From positions 1-37,824 of the forward strand of contig CANIXE010000001.1 in assembly GCA_947470885.1 (NCBI GenBank): 37,824 nucleotides of DNA. The letters are read 5' to 3'. The DNA is from Planctomycetota bacterium (lineage in GTDB: Bacteria; Planctomycetota; UBA11346). The notes under the pieces are model-generated. The model saw nothing but the letters and a program-made list of their open reading frames with translations, ran no database searches and had not been told where the DNA came from. Each line of letters opens with the position of its first letter. Position 1 is the stretch's first letter. Positions 9,226 to 17,547 of this stretch are shown here, piece after piece. Made by a program: the position numbers and the translations under genes.

Positions 9226-10104
9226 ATGGACATCCCCGAACTCAGCCCCCATGCGCTGTCCAGTCTGCTGGCCATCGCCGAGCACGGTTCGGTGTCCGCC
9301 GCCGCCCGGGCCCGGGGCCTGACCCAGCCCAGCATCAGCCGGCAGATCCAGGAGCTGGAGCGCCAACTGGGCGTCCCCGTGCTGGAACGCACCACCCAGG
9401 GCGCCCGGCTGACCCCCGCCGGCGAGGTCCTGGCGGAGGGCGCCCGGGAATTGTTGCGGGGGCTCCAGGCCCTGCCGGAAAAAGTGCGTTCCCAGCGGGG
9501 CGAACTGTCCGGCCGAGTCCGCCTGGGCACCGTGGATTCCATCGGCATCTACGTGCTGCCGCCCCTGCTGTCGTCCTTCATCCAGGCCCATCCCCGGGTG
9601 GATGTTCAAGTGGTCTGCCAGAGCAGCCCCCAGTTGATGGCAATGCTCCTGGACGACGAACTGGACCTGGCCATTGGCACCACCGAGCATCCCCGGCTGC
9701 ACTGTGAACGGCTGTACCGCAATCCCCTGGTCCTGGCCTATCCCCCGGGTTTGCCGGAATCCCAGGTACCCACCACGATGGCAGACATCGCCCAGCGGCG
9801 AATCGTCACCTTCGCCCCGGGTCTGACCATCCGCACCCTGTTGGACGAGGCCTTCACCAAAGCGGGCCTGGCCTTCCAACCGGTGATGGGCCTGGCGAAT
9901 GTCGAAGTGATCAAGGCGATGGTCCGTTCCGGCCTGGGCCTGGGGATCATCTCCGATGGCTGCATCACCGGCTTCGAGCTGAAATCCCGGCCGATCAGCG
10001 ATCTCACCGTGGCCCGAACCATCCGCCTCATGCACCGCCCGAATCCCCAAGGTCTGGCCATCCTCGCCCTGGCTGATTGGCTGCGCCGGCTGCGCCAGCC
10101 ATGA
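9226..10104 (+). CDS. LysR-family transcriptional regulator
   Basis: N-terminal wHTH (LLAIAEHGSVSAAARARGLTQPSISRQIQELERQLGVPVLER) plus a LysR substrate-binding domain. It is divergent from pfkA. Confidence 0.9.
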   Translation: MDIPELSPHALSSLLAIAEHGSVSAAARARGLTQPSISRQIQELERQLGVPVLERTTQGARLTPAGEVLAEGARELLRGLQALPEKVRSQRGELSGRVRLGTVDSIGIYVLPPLLSSFIQAHPRVDVQVVCQSSPQLMAMLLDDELDLAIGTTEHPRLHCERLYRNPLVLAYPPGLPESQVPTTMADIAQRRIVTFAPGLTIRTLLDEAFTKAGLAFQPVMGLANVEVIKAMVRSGLGLGIISDGCITGFELKSRPISDLTVARTIRLMHRPNPQGLAILALADWLRRLRQP

Positions 10105-10931
10105 GCCGCTGGCACATCCTGATGTTTGCGCTCGTCCTGGCGGGTTCGCTGGGCGCGATGGAGCCATCATCGCCGGTCGTCCAGGTCGGCCCGAATCCCT
10201 CGGCGGTGGCCTTCTTCGAAACGAAGATCCGGCCCGTGTTCCAGGAGTATTGCTGGAAATGCCACGGCAATGGCAAGAAACACGGCGGATTGAAGATGGA
10301 CACCCTGGACGGCCTGCTGGCGGGGGGCAACGAAGGCGTGGCCCTGGTCCCCGGGGACAGTTCCACCGGACTATTGATGAAGGCCCTCCGCTACGAAAGC
10401 GGCGACAGCGACCTGGACATGCCCCCCAAAGGCAAGTTGCCCGATGCGGTGATCTCCGATATCGCCCGTTGGATCGATCTGGGCGCTCCCTGGCCCACCG
10501 GCCTGCCCCCAGCACCCTTGGTGCCGCCTCCGCCGCCGCCTCCCTTCCTGGGCCGTCTGCATCCCGCCATCGTCCATCTGCCCATCACCGCCCTCGTGCT
10601 GGCGATCCTGACGGAATTCCTTCGCTGGTGGCGGGGACCGGACTGGCGGAAGGCCAGCGACCTGCTGATCGCTGCCGGTGCCCTGGGGGCCATCGCTGGG
10701 GTGATCAGCGGTAGCTCTCTGGAAGGCGGTCAGGATCCCCGACTGCTGGAACGCCATGAATTGCTGGGCTGGCTGGCCCTGGTGGGGGCTTTGTCCGCCG
10801 GGGTCCTGGCGGTGGCATCACGTTACGCCCCTGGTGCCCGTCGGCCTCTGGCCCTGGTCCTGGTCCTCACCGGAGCGCTGGTGATCCTCGCCGGCCACCT
10901 GGGGGGCGAGATGGTCCACGGACCGCTGTGA
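10101..10931 (+). CDS. Membrane protein with an N-terminal PSCyt1 (planctomycete cytochrome c, CxxCH) domain and a DUF2231-like multi-TM C-terminus
   Basis: ATG 10101 overlaps the LysR stop (ATGA). It has a signal peptide, FFETKIRPVFQEYCWKCHG (CxxCH), a proline-rich linker, then HPAIVHLPI and four TM helices. Confidence 0.8.
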   Translation: MSRWHILMFALVLAGSLGAMEPSSPVVQVGPNPSAVAFFETKIRPVFQEYCWKCHGNGKKHGGLKMDTLDGLLAGGNEGVALVPGDSSTGLLMKALRYESGDSDLDMPPKGKLPDAVISDIARWIDLGAPWPTGLPPAPLVPPPPPPPFLGRLHPAIVHLPITALVLAILTEFLRWWRGPDWRKASDLLIAAGALGAIAGVISGSSLEGGQDPRLLERHELLGWLALVGALSAGVLAVASRYAPGARRPLALVLVLTGALVILAGHLGGEMVHGPL

Positions 10932-10949
10932 CGGTGCCGCTGGCTGAAA

Positions 10950-11672
10950 TCAACGGGAACGGCTGAACGCCGCTTCGTCGACGATGCACACCGCCTGGGG
11001 GTGCATCCAGAGCATCGACGCGGGAAACGCCGTGCTGATGTCCCGATTCATCAACCGGGACACCTGGGTCGCCTTGTGGGCGCCGCTGATCAGGATCACC
11101 ACCCGGCGGGCGGCCATGATGTCAGCCATGCCCAGGGTCATGCCTTTATTACTATCGAAGCGGACACTGTTGGGCTTGAAGATGTCCACTGTTGCCCGGG
11201 CCAAGTCCGCCAGGTGGGCGTTGGGGGTCAGCATGGATCCGGGCTCATTGAAGGCGAGGTGGCCGTTCACCCCCAGGCCGAGGATCATCAGATCCACCGG
11301 CCCTTGGGCGGTCAGGGCCTCCTGCACCCGCTTGCACTCGGCATAGCTATCGGGCACATCGCCATCAAACGCGATCCGCCGGACGGCAGGGATTTCCAAG
11401 GGTCCCAGCAGATTCTCCTGCAGGTAGCTGGCAAATGATCCGGCATCCCGGATGCCCAGACCGTTCCATTCATTGACCTGGACATGGCGCAGATGGTGGT
11501 GGGGCAGGGTCTCCGCCACCACCCGCTGGACAAACAATTCATAGGCCCGCTTGGGCGTGCGCCCCGCGATGCAGGCAAACAGCGGGCTTTGCCGCTGGGT
11601 CAGTTCGGAAACCATGATGTCCGCAGCCAAGCGGCTGAGGGATTCATGTTCTGGCGTGACGATGACCTGCAT
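10950..11672 (-). CDS. nagB: Glucosamine-6-phosphate deaminase / 6-phosphogluconolactonase family protein
   Basis: The LGLGVNGHLAFNEPGS motif and overall NagB/Pgl layout are present. The ATG at 11672 (MQVIVTPE) has GGAG 8 nt upstream. The symbol is tentative because the substrate cannot be told from sequence alone. Confidence 0.75.
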   Translation of the reverse strand: MQVIVTPEHESLSRLAADIMVSELTQRQSPLFACIAGRTPKRAYELFVQRVVAETLPHHHLRHVQVNEWNGLGIRDAGSFASYLQENLLGPLEIPAVRRIAFDGDVPDSYAECKRVQEALTAQGPVDLMILGLGVNGHLAFNEPGSMLTPNAHLADLARATVDIFKPNSVRFDSNKGMTLGMADIMAARRVVILISGAHKATQVSRLMNRDISTAFPASMLWMHPQAVCIVDEAAFSRSR

Positions 11673-11717
11673 GGCGGGACTCCGGGGACGCAAATGGGAC
11701 CGGGCGGATCAGGCTGT

Positions 11718-12137
11718 TCAGGCCGTGGCGCCACCCGCCTGGGCCGGAGCCTGGGCCTGGGCCTGGAGCTGCATCCGGCTGGGTTCGAACGGGATCAGGG
11801 GCAGGTTGGCGTGCATCGCCAGATTGTTGAGCTGGACCATGATCTTGCCCGCACCGACCACCAACAGATTGCCGAAGAAGGCATGGTTGGGATCGTTCTT
11901 GGGCTCGAAGGCGGCGCTGGTGGTGAACAGGAAGCGCCAGCCGGCCCGGGCGAACGGCTGTTCCTGGGCGCCCAAGGATAGCTGGAAAGTGACAATCGCC
12001 GTGTGCATCGTGCCATCCGGGCTGGAGGGCAGGAAGTGGAGTTGGCCGGCGGCTTTGATTTCGGCCTGGCCTTCGCGGCTGGTGGGCTGCTGAATCATGA
12101 GGCCATCGAGGAAGTCGCGGCTGATGTCAAACTGCAT
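11718..12137 (-). CDS. Hypothetical protein (possible SecB-like chaperone fold)
   Basis: 139-aa ORF with GAAGG upstream of ATG 12137. It has a C-terminal Gln/Ala tail. The resemblance to the SecB layout is weak (..NLPLIPFEP..). Confidence 0.5.
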   Translation of the reverse strand: MQFDISRDFLDGLMIQQPTSREGQAEIKAAGQLHFLPSSPDGTMHTAIVTFQLSLGAQEQPFARAGWRFLFTTSAAFEPKNDPNHAFFGNLLVVGAGKIMVQLNNLAMHANLPLIPFEPSRMQLQAQAQAPAQAGGATA

Positions 12138-12329
12138 GGGATGCCTTCGTGACGGAGGGGTGGTTGCGAGGAGGCGATATAAAGGACTCCCGGCGGCGGA
12201 GCAACCCGATTGCCAGATGCCTGTCCGGACGCATCATCCCCACCCCCTCGACGGAACCTCCGACCAGCCTTGTAAGGTTCCGTCCAGATCTTCGTCCCCA
12301 CGCCGACAAAGTTTACCAGAGGACACCCT

Positions 12330-13082
12330 ATGACGGACCATGCCCAACCGCCGGTCGCCCCCCAGGCGCTGATCCAGGCCGAAGCCCTCAGCAAATATTA
12401 TGGCGACTTCACCGCCATCGAAAACGTCACCTTTTCGGTCCCCGCCAGCTCGGTGACCGCCTTCCTGGGGCCCAACGGCGCCGGCAAGTCGACGACGATG
12501 AAAATCCTCACCGGCTTCCTCGCCCCGTCCTCGGGCACCGCCCGGATCGCCGGCCTGGATATGGACAAGGACCGGATCGAGGCCAGCCGCCTCCTCGGCT
12601 ACCTGCCCGAGAACGGCCCCCTCTACACCGACATGACCCCCGGCGCCTACCTGAGCTACTGCGGTGCGGTGCGGGGGATCTCCGGCGGTGCCCTCCGGGA
12701 TGCCCTCGACCGGGTCGCCCACGACTGCCGGGTGGAAGAAGTCTGGCACAAGCCCATCCGCAAGCTGTCGAAAGGCTTCCGCCAGCGCGTCGGCCTGGCC
12801 CAGGCGATCCTCCACGATCCCAAGGTACTGATCCTGGACGAGCCCACCAGCGGCCTCGACCCGAATCAGATCGCCCTCGTCCGGGACCTCGTGAAGTCCC
12901 TGGCCAAGTCCAAGACCATCCTTCTTTCCACCCACATTCTCCAGGAAGTGGACGCCATGGCCGACCGGGTCGTCCTGATCTGTGACGGCAAGGTCCAGTT
13001 CCAGGGCACGCCGTCCGAACTGTCCGCCGACAAGGGCATCGAAGCCCGTTTCCGTGAGCTGACCAAGGGAGTCGCAGCATGA
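12330..13082 (+). CDS. ABC transporter ATP-binding protein (ABC-2 / GldA-like)
   Basis: Walker A GPNGAGKST, signature LSKGFRQRV, Walker B LILDEPTSGLD, and H-loop STH. GAGGA RBS upstream. Confidence 0.9.
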   Translation: MTDHAQPPVAPQALIQAEALSKYYGDFTAIENVTFSVPASSVTAFLGPNGAGKSTTMKILTGFLAPSSGTARIAGLDMDKDRIEASRLLGYLPENGPLYTDMTPGAYLSYCGAVRGISGGALRDALDRVAHDCRVEEVWHKPIRKLSKGFRQRVGLAQAILHDPKVLILDEPTSGLDPNQIALVRDLVKSLAKSKTILLSTHILQEVDAMADRVVLICDGKVQFQGTPSELSADKGIEARFRELTKGVAA

Positions 13083-15829
13083 GCTCGTCGTCTGCAAATT
13101 CCGGCCTGAACCTGACCGCGCTCCTCGCGGTCATGCGTCGCCAGCTATCCAGCCTGCTGGGGAATCCCCTGGGCTACGTCTTCATCCTCGGCTTCGTCCT
13201 GGTGAATGGCGCCACCCTCTTCCTGTTCCAGGGCGATAAGTATTTCGCCCGGAACATCGCCGATCTGGCCCTCCTCCAACCATGGATGCCCTGGTTCCTC
13301 GCGGTCCTTCTACCCGCCCTGGCCATGGGCTCGTGGGCCAGCGAACGGGACAGCGGCACCGAGGAACTCCTCCTCACCCTGCCCATGTCCATCGCCGACG
13401 CGATCCTGGGCAAATTCCTGGCGGTCGCCGCCTACTTCACCATCGCCCTGGTGTGCAGCCTGTCCAACGTGATCGTGGTCGACTGGCTGGGTGATCCCGA
13501 TTACGGCCTGATCGCCGCCAACTACCTGGGCTGGTGGCTCGCCGGTCTGGGCTTCGCCGCCCTCGGTGTCCTCGCCAGCGTCCTGGTGAGCTTGCCCGCG
13601 GTGGCCTTCGTCATCGGCATCATGTTCTCGGGCATCGCCCTGTGGGCCGCCCAGAGCGCCGACTGGTTCGACGCCTTCAACCGCGGTGTCGCCCCCTTGG
13701 GACACATCGGTGCCGCCCTGGCCCTGATGTCTGCCGCCCTGGGTTCCGCCGTATTCATCCTGTCCAGCCGCCGCTGGCGCCCCAGCAGCAAGGGCACCGT
13801 GGTCGCCCAGGTCCTGTCCCTGACCTTCGGCCTGCTGCTGCTGGTCAACGTCGCCCGCCTGGCCAACAAGGGTGGCGTCGACGCCGACATCACCTCGGAA
13901 GGCCTGGCCAGCATCAGCCAGACCAGCCGCACCGTCCTTGCTGACGTGAACGATCCGGTGCAGATCACCGCCTTCATCAGTCAGGACCTGCCCCCGGAAC
14001 TCGCCCTCAAGGCCAAGGAAGTTCAAGACAAGCTGAAAGCCCTGGAACGGGCCCGCCCCGGCCAGATCAAGGTGGTCATCCACCGCCCCGTCGACGCCCT
14101 GGACAAGCTGGGGACGATGGCCGCCAAGGAATACAACCTGAAGCCCCGGAAGAGCGTCATCGAAACCGTGTCCGGCCGTGAATTCGCCGATGTGTTCCTC
14201 GGTGCCGCGGTGCGCAGCGGCGCGCGGATGCAGGTAATCGAGCACTTCGATCCAGGCCTGTCCGTGGAATACGAAATGGTCCGGGCGATCCGTGGCGTCG
14301 CCACCATCAAGAAGAAGGTCCTGGGCATTGCCACCACCGACCTGGACATCAATGGCGGCTTCGACTACCAGTCCGGCCAGATGAACCAGCCCTGGGAAAT
14401 CGTGCGGGAATGGCAGAAGCAGTACGAAGTGCGGGGCGTGAACCTGGACAGCCCGGTCGCCGCCGACATCGACGTGCTCGTCGTGCCCCAGCCCAGCAGC
14501 CTGATCCAGGCCCAGCTGGAAAATCTCCACGCGGCGATCTGGGCCGGCAAGCCGACCATGATCCTGGAAGACCCGATGCCGTACTTCTCCATCGCCACCG
14601 GGCGCAGCGACCTGCTCCCCGGCCAGCCGAAGAAGAGCGCCAACCCCATGGGTGGCCAGCAGGGCCAGGAAGCCGGCCCGCCCAAGGGCGACATCAAATT
14701 ACTGTGGAAGAGCCTGGGCCTGGATTTCGATGAGACCCAAGTGCTCTGGTCCGACTACAATCCCAGCCACCAGTTCCGCAACCTGATCCCCCCGACCTTC
14801 GTGTGGACTAGCCGGGACCAGAAGGGTGTGCAGGACGCCACTGCCACCACCGGCATCAACAGCCTGCTGATCCCCTTCCCCGGCCAGATCCTCCCGGCCA
14901 AGGACAAGCCCGCCTCCCTGGAGGTGAAGACCCTCATCACCCCCACCCCCCAGGTTCCCTGGGGTCGTCACCGCAGCGAAGAGCTGGGTGAAAAGGACTG
15001 GATGGGTCGGTTCAGCATGAAGGAGCCCAAGACCCGGTATTCCGGGGACAAGGCCAATCCGCCGGCCATGGCCGTGGCGGTGACCGGGACGATGCTGGCC
15101 GCCTGGCCGGTGGCCAACCCGGCCTACAAGCCCGAGGCCAAGAAGGACGACGCCGAACCCGAAAAGAAGGCCGGCATCGCCAGCACCAAGCCCATCAACG
15201 TCATCGTCATCGCCGACGTGGACTTTGTGAATAACGAGTTCTTCGCCTTCTACCGCAACACCGGCAACAAGTTTGCCGAGGATGAACTGCGCTTCCTGCT
15301 CAACCTGCGCAACGTCCAGCTGGCCGCCAACAGCATCGACGCCCTGGCCAGCGACAGCGCTTACCTGGATCTGCGCAATCGCCGGGCCGAACGCCGGCCC
15401 CTGAAGAAGATGGAAGACCAGATGCTCCTCACCCAGGAGAAGTTGCGGTCCAGCCTGAGCGCCGCCGACATGGACGCCGAAATGGCCGTGACCAAGGCCA
15501 ACGAGTCGTTCCAGGGCGAGCTGCGCAAGATCGATGACAACAAGGATCTGGACGAGAACGCCAAGGCCCATGAAAAGGCCATGGCCCAAGTACGGGAACA
15601 GCGCAAGCTCGACCTCGCCCAGGTCCAGATCAACGAAGTCAAGGAAGCCAAGATCCGCGACGCCAAAGCCGAACAGCGGCTGGCCCTCAAGGGTGATCGG
15701 GACCAGGTGAAGCTCCTGGCCATCACCATCCCGGCCATCGTCCTTGCCCTACTCGTCCTCGTCGTGTGGACCAACCGCCTGCGGGCGGAACGGGCCCACA
15801 TCCCCACCTCGCGCAAGCGCGCCGCCTGA
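13079..15829 (+). CDS. Fused ABC-2 permease (GldF-like) and GldG-like auxiliary domain protein with a C-terminal coiled coil and TM anchor
   Basis: ATG 13079 overlaps the upstream stop (ATGA). It has about six N-terminal TM helices, a large soluble domain as in 'ABC-type uncharacterized transport system' (GldG) proteins, a Lys/Glu-rich coiled coil, and a terminal TM. Confidence 0.8.
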   Translation: MSSSSANSGLNLTALLAVMRRQLSSLLGNPLGYVFILGFVLVNGATLFLFQGDKYFARNIADLALLQPWMPWFLAVLLPALAMGSWASERDSGTEELLLTLPMSIADAILGKFLAVAAYFTIALVCSLSNVIVVDWLGDPDYGLIAANYLGWWLAGLGFAALGVLASVLVSLPAVAFVIGIMFSGIALWAAQSADWFDAFNRGVAPLGHIGAALALMSAALGSAVFILSSRRWRPSSKGTVVAQVLSLTFGLLLLVNVARLANKGGVDADITSEGLASISQTSRTVLADVNDPVQITAFISQDLPPELALKAKEVQDKLKALERARPGQIKVVIHRPVDALDKLGTMAAKEYNLKPRKSVIETVSGREFADVFLGAAVRSGARMQVIEHFDPGLSVEYEMVRAIRGVATIKKKVLGIATTDLDINGGFDYQSGQMNQPWEIVREWQKQYEVRGVNLDSPVAADIDVLVVPQPSSLIQAQLENLHAAIWAGKPTMILEDPMPYFSIATGRSDLLPGQPKKSANPMGGQQGQEAGPPKGDIKLLWKSLGLDFDETQVLWSDYNPSHQFRNLIPPTFVWTSRDQKGVQDATATTGINSLLIPFPGQILPAKDKPASLEVKTLITPTPQVPWGRHRSEELGEKDWMGRFSMKEPKTRYSGDKANPPAMAVAVTGTMLAAWPVANPAYKPEAKKDDAEPEKKAGIASTKPINVIVIADVDFVNNEFFAFYRNTGNKFAEDELRFLLNLRNVQLAANSIDALASDSAYLDLRNRRAERRPLKKMEDQMLLTQEKLRSSLSAADMDAEMAVTKANESFQGELRKIDDNKDLDENAKAHEKAMAQVREQRKLDLAQVQINEVKEAKIRDAKAEQRLALKGDRDQVKLLAITIPAIVLALLVLVVWTNRLRAERAHIPTSRKRAA

Positions 15830-15846
15830 ACCGGAGGACCCCAACC

Positions 15847-17547
15847 ATGCGTCTGCCCATCGTCCTCGGCATCCTTGCCGTCGCCACCGCCGTCCCCGCC
15901 TGGTGGCCGGCGTCCACCGCCACCACCACAATCGCCATCTCGGCCCCGACCTTTGACAAGCGTCTGGGCCCGGATGGCGCCCCCCTCCCCCCGGAACAGG
16001 TTGGCAGCCTGCGGGTGGTCACCTGGGATGACGCCGCCAAGGCGGCCACCCCCATCGAAATCACCAAGAAGAACGGCACCTGGGTCATCCCCAGCCACTT
16101 CGACTTCCCCTCGGACGGCAATGCCCGGGTGTCCAAGTCCGCCGCCGGATTCATCGGCGTGCAGCGCGGCACCAAAGTTGCCGACGATGAGAAGCGCCAC
16201 GAGGAACTCGGTGTCCTCGATCCCCTGGATCAGAAAAACCTGGCCAAGAGCGGCCAGGGCAAGCGGATCACCATCAAGGACCAGACCGGCGCGGAAATCG
16301 TCGACCTGGTGGTGGGCAAGAATGTCGAAGGCGCCTCCGGCCTCAGCTATGTCCGGGACATCGGCTCGAATGAAGTCTTCACCGCCAAGGTGGATGGGGA
16401 CATCAGCACCAAGTTCATCGACTACGTGGAGCCCGATCCCTTCAAGCTGACCAAGGATGACATCCGCAGTGTCACCATCGCCGACTATTCGGTGAATGAA
16501 GCCAAGGGCGCGGTGGAACAGCGTTCCGCCACTTCCTTTGCCCGGCCCGCCAGCGACAAGGATTGGAACACCGCCAAGACCCCCGATGGCAAGAAGATCA
16601 ACAAGACCGCCGTCGACAATCTGGTGAACGAGGTCACCGGCCTGCGTCTGGCCGGGGTCCGGCCCTACGCCAAGGAATGGCTCCAATCCCGTGGCTTCTA
16701 TGTCACGCCCCAGGGTCTGTACGGCAATGAAGGCGCGGTCTCCGTCACCACCAAGGATGGCCTGACCTACTGGATGTTCTTCGGCGAGGTCGCCCTCGAC
16801 GACGCCGCGGACCAGAAGGCGGAAAAGGCCAAAACTGACGCCAAGGACGCCAAACCCGCCGGCGCCAACCGCTACCTGGCGGTGTTCGTCCGCTACGACG
16901 ACAAGGCCGACGAGGTTGCCAAGGACGAAGCCGCCAAGGAAGCCAAGGAAAAGGAAGAAAACGCCAAAAAGGATCCCAAGGACCAGAAGCCCCCCGCGGC
17001 CAAGGCCAAAAAGATCACCGGCAAGGAGCGGGCCGACAAGGCCGACAAGCGCTTCAAGCAGTTCTTCTACGTCATCAGCGACGACAGCTTCAAGAAGCTG
17101 CGCCCAACCCTGGACCAGCTGTTCGAGAACAAGCCCCCCGAGCCCATGGGGGGCAAATCCGGCAAGACCAACTCGGTCTGGCTGGACGAAAACGGCAAGC
17201 GCCCCGGGGTGAACACCACCGCCAGCGGTCTCCAGTACGAGGTACTGGCCGGCACCGGAGCCGGACCGTCCCCCACCGATGCGGACTCCGTGGAAGTGCG
17301 CTACAAGGGCACCCTGGTGGACGGCGAGGAATTCGACAGCACCAAGGGTGACGCCACCGCCACCTTCGGGGTGACCGGGGTAATCAAAGGCTGGACCGAG
17401 GCCCTGAAGCTGATGCACGCCGGCGACAAGTGGAAGGTCTTCATCAAGCCCGAACTGGGCTACGGTGAAGCCGGCAGCCCGCCGAAGATCCCCGCCAACT
17501 CCATCCTGACCTTCGAGATGGAATTGGTGAAGATCGTCGGCAAGTGA
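15847..17547 (+). CDS. DUF4340-like protein fused to a C-terminal FKBP-type peptidyl-prolyl isomerase
   Basis: ATG 15847 follows a GGAGGA RBS. A signal/anchor (MRLPIVLGILAVATAVPAWW) is followed by a long domain in the position where DUF4340 follows GldG genes. The C-terminus carries a clear FKBP domain (GLQYEVL..VEVRYKGTLVDGEEFDS..GVIKGWTEAL..GDKWKVFIKPELGYG..IPANSILTFEMELV). Confidence 0.8.
   Translation: MRLPIVLGILAVATAVPAWWPASTATTTIAISAPTFDKRLGPDGAPLPPEQVGSLRVVTWDDAAKAATPIEITKKNGTWVIPSHFDFPSDGNARVSKSAAGFIGVQRGTKVADDEKRHEELGVLDPLDQKNLAKSGQGKRITIKDQTGAEIVDLVVGKNVEGASGLSYVRDIGSNEVFTAKVDGDISTKFIDYVEPDPFKLTKDDIRSVTIADYSVNEAKGAVEQRSATSFARPASDKDWNTAKTPDGKKINKTAVDNLVNEVTGLRLAGVRPYAKEWLQSRGFYVTPQGLYGNEGAVSVTTKDGLTYWMFFGEVALDDAADQKAEKAKTDAKDAKPAGANRYLAVFVRYDDKADEVAKDEAAKEAKEKEENAKKDPKDQKPPAAKAKKITGKERADKADKRFKQFFYVISDDSFKKLRPTLDQLFENKPPEPMGGKSGKTNSVWLDENGKRPGVNTTASGLQYEVLAGTGAGPSPTDADSVEVRYKGTLVDGEEFDSTKGDATATFGVTGVIKGWTEALKLMHAGDKWKVFIKPELGYGEAGSPPKIPANSILTFEMELVKIVGK

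Noticed and set aside
9124-10515. The N-terminal 460 aa of the 884-aa ORF containing pfkA.
   Set aside because: This part is antisense to the well-supported LysR and PSCyt1 genes and has an Arg/Gly/Pro-rich composition. PfkA homology begins exactly at MSKSKTK (ATG 9123), which has a GGAG RBS.
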